64,000 bases of DNA, from the NCBI GenBank assembly GCA_051294375.1, contig CM119268.1:15855959-15919958 (forward strand). Direction: 5' to 3'. The position numbers and the translations under genes were made by a program. Shown one piece after another: positions 41,342-55,460 of the stretch. How positions within the stretch are numbered: the first letter of the stretch is position 1; each line of letters begins with the position of its first letter. The notes beneath the pieces were generated by a model. The model did no database searches. It saw only the letters and a program-made list of their open reading frames with translations, and was not told the DNA's origin. Source of the DNA: Paraspadella gotoi. Its lineage: Eukaryota > Animalia > Chaetognatha.

Positions 41342-41820
41342 CCGAATTAAATTTTTCAGCAAGACGCGAACAGCTCTGGCCTCCTCGATGGGTCAACTTC
41401 CAAGGAATTTTCAATTTTTCTCACGGAAAAGAAATGCTAATTTTTAAAAAAAAAAGTGGAAAGGAGAAAAAAAATCTAGAAGAATCGTTTTTAATTCATT
41501 TTTTGTATATATTATACAACGTAGCTTTAAAGAGAAAGAACTATATTTAGCAAGTTTAACTAATGAAATTACCTATGTAAGTAAATAACTTGGTTTAAAC
41601 TGACATTGTTTCCGGGAAGAAAGAAAAAAAAAAGAAAAAAATAACAAACCGAAGTGAAAGAAAAGGAGCTAGAGAGAGACAGTGAGAGAAAGAAAAGGAG
41701 CGAGAGAGAGACGGTGAGAGAAAGAATGTCTTTTAGCGATTTCCAAGCAAAACTGTCGCTAAAACGCTAAAAAGATTTCAATTTGAGAAACCAGGACGCG
41801 AGGTGGAGACACGGAAAGAA

Positions 41821-41890
<70 letters not shown>

Positions 41891-42093
41891 CGGGAAAAGA
41901 AGCTAAGAAAGAAAAAAGAGGGAGAGGAGCAAAAAGATTCGTGGCCAGGTTCGAAAAACAAAAGACATGAGATGTCGCTCGTCCAGAATTTCCTTTTGTT
42001 TGTTTTCGACGAAAAGTCGAAAAAAAAAGTGAAAAGAAAATGTTTTCGTTTCTCAGAGACGAGAAGATGTTTTCTTTTAGATTTACCGAGAAA

Positions 42094-42160
<67 letters not shown>

Positions 42161-42871
42161 CGAGAGCGAGAGAGAGAGAGACCGAAAGAAGTTGACTAAG
42201 CATTATACTGCACAAAGAAGAAAGAGAAAGTCAGAAATAAAGCTTTTGTGAATCCGGAATAAGTTTTTCTATCTCAGTTTCCAAAGCAAAAGAAAAAAAA
42301 AGAACAAGAGGGAGAAAAGCAAAAAAAAAAAGCAAAAAAAAAACATACAAAACAACAAACAAAAGATCTGCGAGGCAGGAAAAACGGAGGCGAACAAAAA
42401 AAAATTTCAGCGTCGGAAGTCAGACCTTTTCTTTATGTCATTAGAATCCTTTTTGTTCAAAAACAGAAGCGACCTCTTCTGACGACGAAAGAAATGGAGA
42501 ATGCGTCGTCGTCATCGTTGTCGTCGTCGTCGTCATCGTCAGAGATTACGACTAAATTCAAAACAAAGCGCCGGTATGACTCGCCCACTGCGTCGTCAGA
42601 GGAACCGCTTGTCTGGAAAAGTGGGTGTGTCGCGAACTGCGCCCCCCCATATCCCTTTTTTTTCTGACTGGATGTCGGTGACCGTCGGTCCGTTCATGGG
42701 TTTGTTCGTCCGTTCACACTCACGCCTCTCGCGTTCACATACGTCCACGTTTTTCTCGTGAGTTTCTCTTTGTGATCGCGAAATCTCGCATCGATACACC
42801 CGACCGTCGCTCACGATCAAGTGAATAAAGAGAAATAAATAAGGAAAAAAAGAAAGATAAACAAATAAAGA

Positions 42872-42966
<95 letters not shown>

Positions 42967-42992
42967 ATATAAATAAATAAATAAATAAATAC
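42872..42992. repeat. (AAAT)n microsatellite
   Basis: Directly visible; duplicated at about 55375-55500. Confidence 0.95.
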
Positions 42993-43427
42993 AATGAATG
43001 TAAGCTAATTTATTTATTTATTTATTTATTTATATCTTTATTTATAAATAAAGAAAAAAATAAATAAAATAAATAAAGATTAAAAAGAAAGAAAGTAAGG
43101 AATAGAATAAGGGAGGAAAAAAAAGCAATCACGTAGAAAACTACGCCCAAGAAGTTTCCTTTGTAATCTATTTCGCCAATCTCTTCTTTATTTTCTCTCT
43201 CTCTCTCTTCTCTCTTTCACCTTACACTTTTCTATTTCTCCTCTCTCTTCTCTCTTTCACCTCTCTTTTCTATTTCCCTCTCTCTTCTCTTTCGACCTGT
43301 CAGCGTTACACATAACCTTCTCGTCCGACTGCCTTTCCTTCGCTCGTCTCCCGAGGCCCGCGTCATAATTAAAATTTTTGACGTTTCGGCCGCGAATCTT
43401 CTCTCCTTCTCTCTCTCTCTCTCTCTC

Positions 43428-43479
<52 letters not shown>

Positions 43480-43601
43480 CTTCTCTTTCCACCCTAACTC
43501 TCTCTTTCTCCCTCTTCCGCTTTTTAGGCCTTTTCTCTCTTTCGGGTCAAGTTTTCGGTCAGTTGAGTCAAAATTCTGACGGATGAAGGTTATGGGCCGT
43601 T

Positions 43602-43689
<88 letters not shown>

Positions 43690-43929
43690 TAACATGAAGA
43701 CAATAAAAACTAATGAGTGAGAAAGACAAGACCATTAACGGACAAAAAAATCTTTACTTGAATCTTTCAAGATATTTTTTAATTTTGTAAAACACGGAAG
43801 GAAATTAAACTATATGTAAAATTGTAACTGTAAAGTATCATTTCGTATAAACAATTAATTTATTACTAAACATTCTACAAGTACAAATAAGAAAAAAACG
43901 TAATGAAAATAAAATGAAAAAAAACTCAC

Positions 43930-44214
43930 CGGAAGTGGAAACCATTTACGAGCTGCGCGGTGTTTGCTGCGGTGAACTTGACGTCGGGAAGTAGATCTTG
44001 ATAATGCGGATGAAGGGTAGCGGAGTAGAAGACATCAGCTTCGCCTTCGCAGATGCATCGGCGTCAGACTGACGTGTCAGCGTCGTCAAGGAAAACTCGA
44101 TATTTTTTTTTTTGGCGCGTTTGAAGCAGCGTACTTTGCAGCATTCGTAGCAGCGTATTTGCAGCATTTTGGCATCGTTCGTAGCAGCGAGCTTAGCAAC
44201 ATTTATTTCGCATG
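43930..44214 (-). other. pros: Indel-corrupted duplicate of the prospero homeodomain exon and upstream extension (probable assembly artefact)
   Basis: Same sequence as 48959-49257 with many 1-nt deletions; the track shows KAKLM..IIKIYFP fragments in shifting frames. The branch site TTTTCCTTGAC and donor GTGAGT are retained. Confidence 0.85.
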
Positions 44215-45065
44215 CTGGGTGACAACCTTAAACGTACTTCAACGCTCAAGTATATAAACAAATTTAAGACGAAAATATTTTAAAATATTGAAAATAACTA
44301 AATGAAGGTAATAATATATCCTCCAAAGGCCAATTCTTTCGTACAATTTAACTAGTAAGAATCGTTCACCTCACAGAAACCTTCCGCCTCAAATGAACGC
44401 GATTTCATCTTTTTGCGTGAATTCGAGAAAGTCGAAAATTCTTTTCATTCCTTGCGCCACTTCCCTTTTCCTTTTCATTCCAGCGTCGTCGTCGTCGTCG
44501 TCGCGGCATCGGTCGCCAGGCGAGAATAGATTCTAAAGTCGTCGTCATCGTCTTCTTGAAATTCTCAGTCAATCCTGAGACTCACCTGAGACTTTTTGCC
44601 AATTTTCAAAACGCCTCGCTCGCCTCTCAAAAAAAAAAAAATACTCGGAACAAAAAATGTCGCAGCTTTTTCGCGCAAAAACCTTCTTTTCCAATACAGT
44701 CTACCCAGGCTACCAGGGTACCAGGCGTTTTTTCCCCTTCTTCCATGTCAATTGCTCAAGCCCTTTCCTCTTCAGCCTCTTTCCTCTGGCCACCTTGCCC
44801 GTCGCCCCTCTCCTTTTCTCTATCCTCGCTTCGTGTCTTCTCTTTCCGTATTTCTTTTTTGGCGTCGATTACACAAACAGATTTTGGGTAAGTCATCGAT
44901 CGTCCGACGACGACGACGACGACGACGACGACGGGCTGGAAAGCGGACGCCGATCGAGCGAAGGTAAGGAATAACTCTCTTCCCCCCCCAACGGAGCGAA
45001 TCGAGAAACGCGTCGGACAAACAAGGAAAAAACTCGATCCCTTTACACGCTCCCCACACAGAGAA

Positions 45066-45110
<45 letters not shown>

Positions 45111-45622
45111 AGAGAGGAAGAGAGAGAGAGAGCGCCTGCAATTTGATCCGCGTGCCTTGGCGCTGGCGCGCGTTGGTACCAGGAGGCGCAGGAACGACTT
45201 CGCGTGGCGAACTCACCATTCGCGGCTCAGAAGATATCGACGTTAGTACTCGTTTCGGTTCGATCTCGAGGGGATGGGGGGTGAGTATGGGTAAGTTAAT
45301 GGAGGGGCGGGCGTGGGAACACGGGTGGGATCGCGAGGTGAGGTTTGAAACACTGGCGCATTCGGATGGTGGAAGTAATCATTCTTTCGACCGCGGAAGA
45401 TTAAAATTAAAGATTTCGAACAAATTTAATTAAATTGTTCGGAATTAAAAGAAGGACGAAACGACAGTGGAGAGAGACTTCAAAAAGAAAAAGCAAATTG
45501 GTTTCAATAAAGAAAGAAGAAAAAAGAAAACGAAGACAGAGAAGAAAGAAAAAAAAAATTGATTTAACGGTTTCCTCGAGGTTTGCGGTGAGGTAAGTTT
45601 ATCCGAAAGAGAGAGAGGAGAG

Positions 45623-45663
<41 letters not shown>

Positions 45664-46942
45664 GATATCGATCTCCTTTTTTTTTTTTCGGTTTCCATTA
45701 TTTTATTCTTGTTTTCTTAATCGACCTGAGGTTTCTTTTCGAGTTTTTTTTTCCCATTTATTCTTACGCTGAAAAAAAATATACGGGTTCCCCGGGTATT
45801 TTTCCTTCCCTCCTCCTCTCGGTTTACTAGGTGTTTTTTTTGACACATAAGTACAACTAATACCGAAGCGCCACACCGCGCCGCGTAAACGAGTCAATTG
45901 ACGAAGCCTTGGAAACTGAAAATTTAACTCGGCCTCTCCTTTTATATTCTCTCCCATTTGCTGACTTCGCCCTCTGCCTCACCGGTCACCACGTCTCCTT
46001 ACCTCTTCCTATTGCAATATCCCGTCTCCCCCTCAGCATCGATTCGATACAAGTTCTCCTCCATCACGGCAATGAACGCCGACGCTGTTGCGGCACGTGC
46101 GAGGCCCACGGCGAACAGGAGGGATAGAAAGTAAGAGAAAAAAAAAAGGAGTTAAGATAAAAAAAAAAGAAAGATCAAAAGTAATGAGAAAGAAAGAAAG
46201 GATCGAAAAATAGACAGAAGTAAGATAGAAATAAAAAGATAAAAGAAATACAGAAAGGAAAAAAGCAAAAGAAGGCAACGAGAAAGAAAAAAAAATATGA
46301 AAGACAGAAAGAAGCAAGCAATGAAGAATCATAGAAGAAAGACAAAGACTTCCACACAAAAAAAGAAAAAAAATGAGCGAAATTATCATCTGGTCGAATT
46401 GAAACGGAACGTGTTCGTCGGCCTTTGAGGTTTTTAAAAAGACTTGGATTTCGGGTTTTTGACCAAAAAGAACAAAAAAATCGATTGAGAAAACTTTTTT
46501 TTCCTTTGAAATCTTATTTGGTCTTCTGTTCTGCCCTGTCTCTCTCTCTCTTTTCTGCTCTGTCTCCTCTATTTTTTTTTCTTTTGCCAAGTCGCCTCTC
46601 TCTTCCTTCCTTTCCTTTTAGCACCTTTTCCTTGAGTCATGTCTTGCGCCTTCTTCTTCGATCCGGATTGAAGAAAAAAAGGAAAGAAGAGGAAATCGGA
46701 CCCTGCCTCTTCCTCCTCCTCCTCTTCCTCCTCGCGCCGTTCCTCCGTTTGTCTTCCTTTTTTCCTTCATTTGCGAAAGAGAGAAAACGAAAGGGGAATT
46801 CGGTTCGCAAGAAGGGACACGTCTGTAGCGAGACATTCGCTGTATCACGGACTTTTTTCGCCTTCACCGCGATCCGATCCTCGTTTTAATGTCGATCTCT
46901 TTTTTTTCTTTCTCTTACATACTTTTTTTTAATCTCCTTCAT

Positions 46943-47005
<63 letters not shown>

Positions 47006-47168
47006 GAGAGAGATGGATAAATTAACCCTGGGGGGCGTGGCGATCAAAAGTAAAAGGTAAGTCTTGAACAAAGTCGCTTTTTATTATTTGTTTTGCCTTG
47101 GAATTAATTTTTCTTGGGCCGGAGGGAGAGAAACTGGAGAGAAGAGCGAGGTGGAAAGAGAAAGGACG

Positions 47169-47270
<102 letters not shown>

Positions 47271-47472
47271 GGACTTGAAAGAAAATAAGTCCATAAGCAT
47301 CGAGGCGATCATTAGCCATTTAGCCACGATGTCATCCTCATTCTTCTCTCTCCTCCTTTATAATCTTTCCTCTCCTTTCCTCCTCTTCCTCCTCTTCCTC
47401 CTCCCTCATCGCGCCTCATCTATTTCTTATAAGGACAATATCCCCCTAATCGTTATCAGGAGCGAGAGTTGG

Positions 47473-47585
<113 letters not shown>

Positions 47586-48958
47586 CGAGACGACAGATGG
47601 GAAGAAAAACCCATAAGTCTCATCTTTCCAATCGGTGAAGCGGTAGGCCTTGGAATATGGTATAGACTTTAATGACTCCGATCAGGCGCGCGATGGAAAA
47701 TGGGATGGTGGTAAGGTGGCATCCTGGGACACTGGAAGGTGGTAAGTGAATCCTGGAACACTGGAATTGTGGAAAAGTGAAAATGAAAAAAAGGTGGAAG
47801 GATGGAAGAGTCCGAATTGTTAACAATTTTAAGTAATTAAGCACAATTTAACAAACAGTCTTTTTCTTGATGAAATTCCTTCTAATCTTTGTTGTTGTTG
47901 TCGTGTCATTCTCGTCAAGCGTCGATCGCTTCTTCGTTATAATTATTTAAATATTATTCTTATATTCATCCCATTTTCGCAGAGGAAAGATGATTACCGG
48001 CAGATATTCGAGGGATATGAATTAATATTTGTAGATTTCCATTACGAGAATTACGACAACCAATGTGATCATCGTCATCGTTCAACCGTCGTGCGACCTC
48101 GACGACGACGACGACGATGACGACGACGACGACGACGCCAAGAAAGACGACGTTCTATATCTATTCCACTTTAAAAAAAAAGAAAAAAAAGCGAAAAAAG
48201 GAAAATTCTGCACAAAAAGTTTGCACAAGAATTCGATATCGCTTTCGAAATCTAATCCTCAGTTTTTCTGGCAGCTCCTTCTTACTTGCGCCCCCAAACT
48301 ATTTCCGCGCCGCGCGATTTCCCCCCCCAATTTTATTTTTTTTATTTTTTTTTCTTTCAAGCTAATTTAGTGTAGTATTCTTTTCTTTCCTATTTAATTT
48401 ACTTTGTCTCGCTAATCTAGAAATTTTCTTTTCTTTTGTCTTTCTTTTTTCATTTTATGTATCTTCGTTTCTGTTCTAAGTCTGTCTGTCTGTCTTTCTT
48501 TCTGTCTTTCCTTTCTGTCTTTCTTTCTTCTTTCTTTCTTTCTTTCTTTTCTTTCCTTTTTTCTTTCTTTCTCTCTTTCTTCTTATTTAGGGATTTAACT
48601 TTTCTTTATCAGTTTTCGTCTAATTGCTTTGCGCCAAAATCGTTTAACCGTGAAATTCGCTGACCTNNNNNNNNNNNNNNNNNNNNNNNNNAGAGAGAGA
48701 GAGAAAGGAATAACATTGATAGACAATAAAAACTAATGAGTTGAGAAAGACAAGAACAATTAACGGACAAAAAAAATCTTTACTTGAATCTTTAAAGATA
48801 TTTTTTAAATTTTGTAAAACACGGAAAGGAAATTAAACTATATGTAAAATTGTAACTGTAAAGTATCATTTCGTATAAACAATTAATTTATTACTAAACA
48901 TTCTACAAGGTACAAATAAGAAAAAAACGTAAATGAAAATAAAATGAAAAAAACTCAC

Positions 48959-49113
48959 CGGAAGTTGGAAAACCATTTGACGAGCTGCGCGGTGTTGCTG
49001 CGGTTGAACTTGACGTCGGGGAAGTAGATCTTGATAATGGCGGATGAAGGGTAGCGGGAGTAGAAGAACATCAGCTTCGCCTTTCGCAGATGCATCGGCG
49101 TCAGAACTGACGT
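48959..49113 (-). CDS. pros: Prospero/PROX homeodomain exon (intact copy)
   Basis: Manual translation of the minus strand gives [53 protein letters not shown]|GTGAGT, the atypical Prospero homeodomain. The exon is 155 nt and ends in phase 2, so CG plus the T of the exon at 11530 gives CGT (Arg) and restores WFSNFREFYY. It is preceded by an AC acceptor and a U12 branch site. It is missing from the ORF track because it is too short. Confidence 0.95.
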
Positions 49114-49134
49114 GTGCAGCGTCGTCAAGGAAAA
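49114..49134 (-). other. U12-type (minor spliceosome) branch site and AC 3' splice site
   Basis: Minus strand reads TTTTCCTTGACGACGCTGCAC|ACG. TTCCTTGAC matches the U12 branch consensus TTCCTTRAC, with the branch A 12 nt from the terminal AC. The position matches the known AT-AC intron of prospero/PROX1. Confidence 0.88.
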
Positions 49135-49257
49135 CTCGGATATTTTTTTTTTTGGCGCGTTTGAAGCAGCGTACTTTGCAGCATTCGTAGCAGCGTACTT
49201 TGCAGCATTTTGGGCATCGTTCGTAGCAGCGAGCTTAGCAACATTTATTTCAGCATA
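49114..49257 (-). CDS. pros: Putative alternative 5' extension of the homeodomain exon (long isoform, U2 acceptor)
   Basis: gtttgtcacccAG|TAT opens a 144-nt stop-free frame continuous with the homeodomain: [48 protein letters not shown]. The ending SLTTLH resembles Drosophila Pros-L SLTPLH. Confidence 0.5.
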
Positions 49258-49975
49258 CTGGGTGACAAACTTAAACGTACTTCAACGCTCAAGTATATAA
49301 ACAAATTTAAGACGAAAATATTTTAAAATATTGAAATATAACTAAATGAAAGGTAATAAATATATCCTCCAAAGGCCAATTTCTTTCGTACAATTTAACT
49401 AGTTAAGAATCGTTCACCTCACAAAACCTTCCGCCTCAAATGAACGCGATTTCATCTTTTTGCGTCGAATTCGAGGAAAGTCGAAAATTCTTTTCATTCC
49501 TTGCGCCACTTCCCTTTTTCCTTTTCATTTCAGCGTCGTCGTCGTCGTCGTCGCGGCATCGGTCGCCAGGCGAGAATAGATTTCTAAATAGTCGTCGTCA
49601 TCGTCTTCTTGAAATTCTCAGTCAATATCCTGAGACTCACCTGAGACTTTTTGCCAATTTTCAAAACGCCTCGACTTCGCCTCTCAAAAAAAAAAAAAAT
49701 ACTCGGAACAAAAAATGTCGCAGCTTTTTCCGCGCAAAAAGCCTTCTCTTTCCAATCCAGTCTACCCAGGCTACCAGGGTACCAGGCGTTTTTTCCCCCT
49801 TCTTCCATGTCAATTGCTCAAGCCCTTTCCTCTTCAGCCTCTTTCCTCTGGCCACCTTGCCCCGTCGCCCCCTCTCCCTTTTCTCTATCCTCTGCTTCGT
49901 GTCTTCTTCTTTTCCGTTATTTCTTTTTTGGCGTCGATTACACAAACAGATTTTCGGGTAAGTTCATCGATCGTC

Positions 49976-50009
<34 letters not shown>

Positions 50010-50785
50010 NNNNNNNNNNNNNNNNNNNNNNNNNNNNNNNNNNNNNNNNNNNNNNNNNNNNNNNNNNNNNNNNNNNNNNNNNNNNNNNNNNNNNNNNNNN
50101 NNNNNNNNNNNNNNNNNNNNNNNNNNNNNNNNNNNNNNNNNNNNNNNNNNNNNNNNNNNNNNNNNNNNNNNNNNNNNNNNNNNNNNNNNNNNNNNNNNNN
50201 NNNNNNNNNNNNNNNNNNNNNNNNNNNNNNNNNNNNNNNNNNNNNNNNNNNNNNNNNNNNNNNNNNNNNNNNNNNNNNNNNNNNNNNNNNNNNNNNNNNN
50301 NNNNNNNNNNNNNNNNNNNNNNNNNNNNNNNNNNNNNNNNNNNNNNNNNNNNNNNNNNNNNNNNNNNNNNNNNNNNNNNCCGATTCGCGGCTCAGAAGAT
50401 ATCGACGTTTAGTTACTCGGTTTCGGTTCGATCTCGAGGGGAGTGGGGGGTGAGTATGGGTAAGTTAATGGAGGGGCGGGCGTGGGAACACGGGTGGGGA
50501 TCGCGAGGTGAGGTTTTGAAACACTGGCGCATTCGGATGGGTGGAAGTAATCATTCTTTCGACCCGCGGAAGATTAAAATTAACGATTTCGAACAAATTT
50601 AATTAAATTGTTCGGAATTAAAAGAAGGACGAAACGACAGTGGAGAGAGACTTCAAAAAGAAAAAGCAAATTGGTTTCAATAAAGAAAAGAAGAAAAAAG
50701 AAAACGAAGACAGAGAAGAAAAGAAAGAAAAAAATTGATTTTAACGGTTTCCTCCGAGGTGTTTGCGGTGAAGGTAAGTTTATAC

Positions 50786-50903
<118 letters not shown>

Positions 50904-52212
50904 TCGATCTCCTTTTATTTTTTTTCGGTTTTCATTATTTTATTCTTGTTTTCTTAATCGACCTGAGGTTTTCTTTTTCGAGTTTTTTTTTCCCATTTAT
51001 TCTTACGCTGAAAAAAAAATATACGGGTATCCCCGCGGTATTTTTTCCTTCCCTTCCTCCTCTCGGTTGTACTAGGTGTTTTTTTGACACATAAGTACAA
51101 CTAATACTGAAGCGCCACACCGCGCCGCGTAAACGAGTCAATTGACGAAGCCTTGGAAACTCAAAATTTAACTCGGCCTCTCCTTTTATATTTCTCTCCC
51201 ATTTGTGACTTCGCCCTTCTGCCTCACCGTTCACCGTCTCCCTTACCCTCTTCCTATTGCAATATCCCGTCTTCCTCACCTCAGCATCGATTCGATACAA
51301 GTTCTCCTTCCAACTCACGCAATGGAATCGCCGACGCTGTTGCGGCACGTGCGAGGCCCACGCGAACAGGAGGGATAGAAAGTAAGAGAAAAAAAAAGGA
51401 GTTAAGATAAAAAAAAAAAGAAGATAAAAAGTAATGAGAAAGAAAGAAAGGATCGAAAAATAGACAGAAGTAAAGATAGAAATAAAAAGATAACAAGAAA
51501 TACAGAAAGGAAAAAAGCAAAAGAAGGCAAGAGAAAGAAAAAAAAATATGAAAGACAGAAAGAAGCAAGCAATGAAGAATCATAGAAAGAAAGACAAAGA
51601 CTTTCCACACAAAAAAAGAAAAAAAGTGAGCGAAATTATCATCTGGTCGAATTGAAACGGAACGTGTTCGTCGGCCTTTGAAGGTTTTTAAAAAGACTTG
51701 GATTTCGGGTTTTTTTGAACCAAAAAGAAAAAAAAAATCGATTGAGAAAACTTTTTTTTTCCTTTGAAATCTTATTTGGTCTTCTGTCTCTGTCCCTGTC
51801 TCTCTCTCTCTCTTTCTGCTCTGTCTCCTCTTATTTTTTTTTTCTTTTGCCAAGTCGCCTCTCTCTTCCTTCCTTTCCTTTTAGCACCTTTCCTTGAGTC
51901 ATGTCTTGCGCCTTCTTCTTCGATCCGGATTGAAGAAAAAAAGGAAAGAAGAGGAAATCGGACCCTGCCTCTTCCTCCTCCTCCTCTTCCTCCTCGCGCC
52001 GTTCCTCCGTTTGTCTTCCTTTTTTCCTTCATTTGCGAAAGAGAGAAAACGAAAGGGGAATTCGGTTCGCAAGAAAAGGGACACGTCTGTAGCGAGACAT
52101 TCGCTGTATCACGTGACTTTTTTTCGCCTTCACCGAGATCCGATCCTTCGTTTTTAAATGTCGATCTCTTTTTTTCTTTCTCTTACATACTTTTTTTTTA
52201 ATCTCCTTCAAT

Positions 52213-52323
<111 letters not shown>

Positions 52324-53011
52324 GAAAGAAAAATAAGTCCATAAGCATCGAGGCGGAATCATTAGACATTAGCCACGATGTCATCCTCATTCTTCTCTCT
52401 CCTCCTTTATAATCTTCTTTCCTCTTCCTCTTCCTCCTCTTCCTCCTCTTCCTCCTCCCGGGAGGAGAAGAGGGGTAGAAAAGGGGGAAAAGATGATAGA
52501 GAAGGGGTAGGTGGGGGGGGCGGGGGCGGAAAAGGAGGGGGGGGGGGGGGGGGGGGGGAGTGTGGGGGGGGGGGGTGGGGGGGGCGGGGGGGGGGGGGGG
52601 GAAAAGGAGGGTTCTTTTTTTTTTTTTTATATTTTTTCTGTTTTATTCTCTTCTAGAAAAAGGGTAGAAAAGGTAGGAAAGAGCGGTAGAAAAGTGGTAG
52701 AAAAGGAGGTAAAAGATGGATAGAAAAGAGGTAGAAAAGAGAGAAAAAGAGGGTAGAAGGACGAGGGTCGTCCTTAAAAATTCTCGTCTCGTGTCATTTT
52801 CAAGGAAGCGAAAAAGGATTCGTGGCCAAGGAATCCTTTCCAGGGCGACGACTCCTTTCGAAAAAAAAAAAGAGGACCTGTCGTTGTTGTTGTCGTCATC
52901 GCCGTCGTCGTTGGCATCTCGGGTCTTACAATGGAGTGCGAAATGAGTGAGGGAGAGAAGGAAAGAAAAAAAGCGGAAGAAAGCGGAAAGAAAGAAAGAA
53001 AGAAGAGAGAG

Positions 53012-53070
<59 letters not shown>

Positions 53071-53643
53071 ATTAAAGAGAGAAAGAAAATAAAAAAGAGA
53101 AAAAGAGAGAAGAAAGAAAGAAAGAAAGAAAGAAAGAAGAAAGAAGAAAGAAGAAAGAAAGAAAGAAAGAAGAAAGAAAGAAGTCAAAAAGTGGAAAGGG
53201 AAAGAGACGGAGAATATGGTAAAAATGAAGAATAAATTATATAAAGAATAAATTATGAAGAATAACCGTATGAATGAGTTCAAAATAAGATGAGTGTAGA
53301 AACTAGAAAGGAAACGAGAGGTCGCGCCTGGTGAGGGAACGGCGAAGAAATGATTAGGGTGAGTTAACGAGATGAGAAACGCTTAAGAGGATTTTCAGTA
53401 GGAGTTCGTCCTTTCTTGTTTGGTCTCGAGAAGGAAGCCCGAGGTAAGTCGCGTTCCACCTTCGGTCTTTCAAGAAATCGAGATTCCATTAGTCGCGCCC
53501 CCGTCGTCGACGGCCACTTTGGAAGGTAAGTGTAATGACGAAAAGTAAGTTTGAGACTTGAAAAAGTTGAGGAATGCCCGATGACGTTTGAAATTGGGAC
53601 TTTAATGAAGAGACAATAATTAAAATGTAATCTCTCTTCTCTC

Positions 53644-53675
<32 letters not shown>

Positions 53676-53734
53676 TATTTATAAGACCTTTATATATCGC
53701 TTTAATTCCTTTTATCAGTCTCTGTCTTTCTCTT

Positions 53735-53859
<125 letters not shown>

Positions 53860-54333
53860 CGAATTAAATTTTTCAGCAAGACGCGAACAGCTCTGGCCTC
53901 CTCGATGGGTCAACTTCCAAGGAATTTTCAATTTTTCTCACGGAAAAAGAAATGCTAATTTTTAAAAAAAAAAGTGGAAAGGAGAAAAAAAATCTAGAAG
54001 AATCGTTTTTAATTCATTTTTTGTATATATTATACAACGTAGCTTTAAAGAGAAAGAACTATATTTAGCAAGTTTACTAATGAAATTACCTATGTAAGTA
54101 ATAACTTGGTTTAAACTGACATTGTTTCCGGGAAGAAAGAAAAAAAAAGAAAAAAATAACAAACGAAGTGAAAGAAAAGGAGCTAGAGAGAGACAGTGAG
54201 AGAAAGAAAAGGAGCGAGAGAGAGACGGTGAGAGAAGAATGGTCTTTTAGCGATTTCCAAGCAAAACTGTCGCTAAACGCTAAAAAGATTTCAATTTGAG
54301 AAACCAGGACGCGAGGTGGAGACACGGAAAGAA

Positions 54334-54403
<70 letters not shown>

Positions 54404-54606
54404 CGGGAAAAGAAGCTAAGAAAGAAAAAAGAGGGAGAGGAGCAAAAGATTCGTGGCCAGGTTCGAAAAACAAAAGACATGAGATGTCGCTCGTCCAGAA
54501 TTTCCTTTTGTTTGTTTTCCGACGAAAGTCGAAAAAAAAAGTGAAAAGAAAATGTTTTTCGTTTCTCAGAGACGAGAAGATTTTTCTTTTTAGATTTACC
54601 GAGAAA

Positions 54607-54673
<67 letters not shown>

Positions 54674-55416
54674 CGAGAGCGAGAGAGAGAGAGACCGAAA
54701 GAAGTTGACTAAGCATTATACTGCACAAAGAAGAAAGAGAAAGTCAGAAATAAAGCTTTTGTGAATCGGAATAAGTTTTTCTATCTCAGTTCCAAAGCAA
54801 AAGAAAAAAAAAGAACAAGAGGGAGAAAAGCAAAAAAAAAAGCAAAAAAAACATACAAAAACAAACAAAGATCTGCGAGGCAGGAAAAACGGAGGCGAAC
54901 AAAAAAAAATTTCAGCGTCGGAAGTCAGACCTTTTCTTTATGTCATTAGAAATCCTTTTTGTTCAAAAACAGAAAGCGACCTCTTCTGACGACGAAGAAA
55001 TGGAGAATGCGTTCGTCGTCATCGTTGTCGTCGTCGTCGTCATCGTCAGAGATTACGACTAAATTCAAAACAAAGCGCCGGTATGACTCGCCCACTGCGT
55101 CGTCAAGGAACCGCTTGTCTGGAAAAGTGGGGTGTGTCGCGAACTGCGCCCCCCATATCCTTTTTTTTCTGACTGGATGTCGGTGACCGTCGGTCCGTTC
55201 ATGGTTTTGTTCGTCCGTTCACACTCACTGCCTCTCGCTTCACATACGTCCACGTTTTTCTCGTGAGTTTCTCTTTGTTGATCGCGAAATCTCGCATCGA
55301 TACACCCGACCGTCGCTCACGATCAAGTGAATAAAGAGAAATAAATAAGGAAAAAGAAAGATAAACAATAAGATAAATAAATAAATAAATAAATAATAAA
55401 TAAAATAAATAAATAA

Positions 55417-55460
<44 letters not shown>

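Noticed and set aside
49112-49300. 62-aa plus-strand ORF (AAYFAAF repeats)
   Set aside because: It is the antisense shadow of the minus-strand prospero extension.
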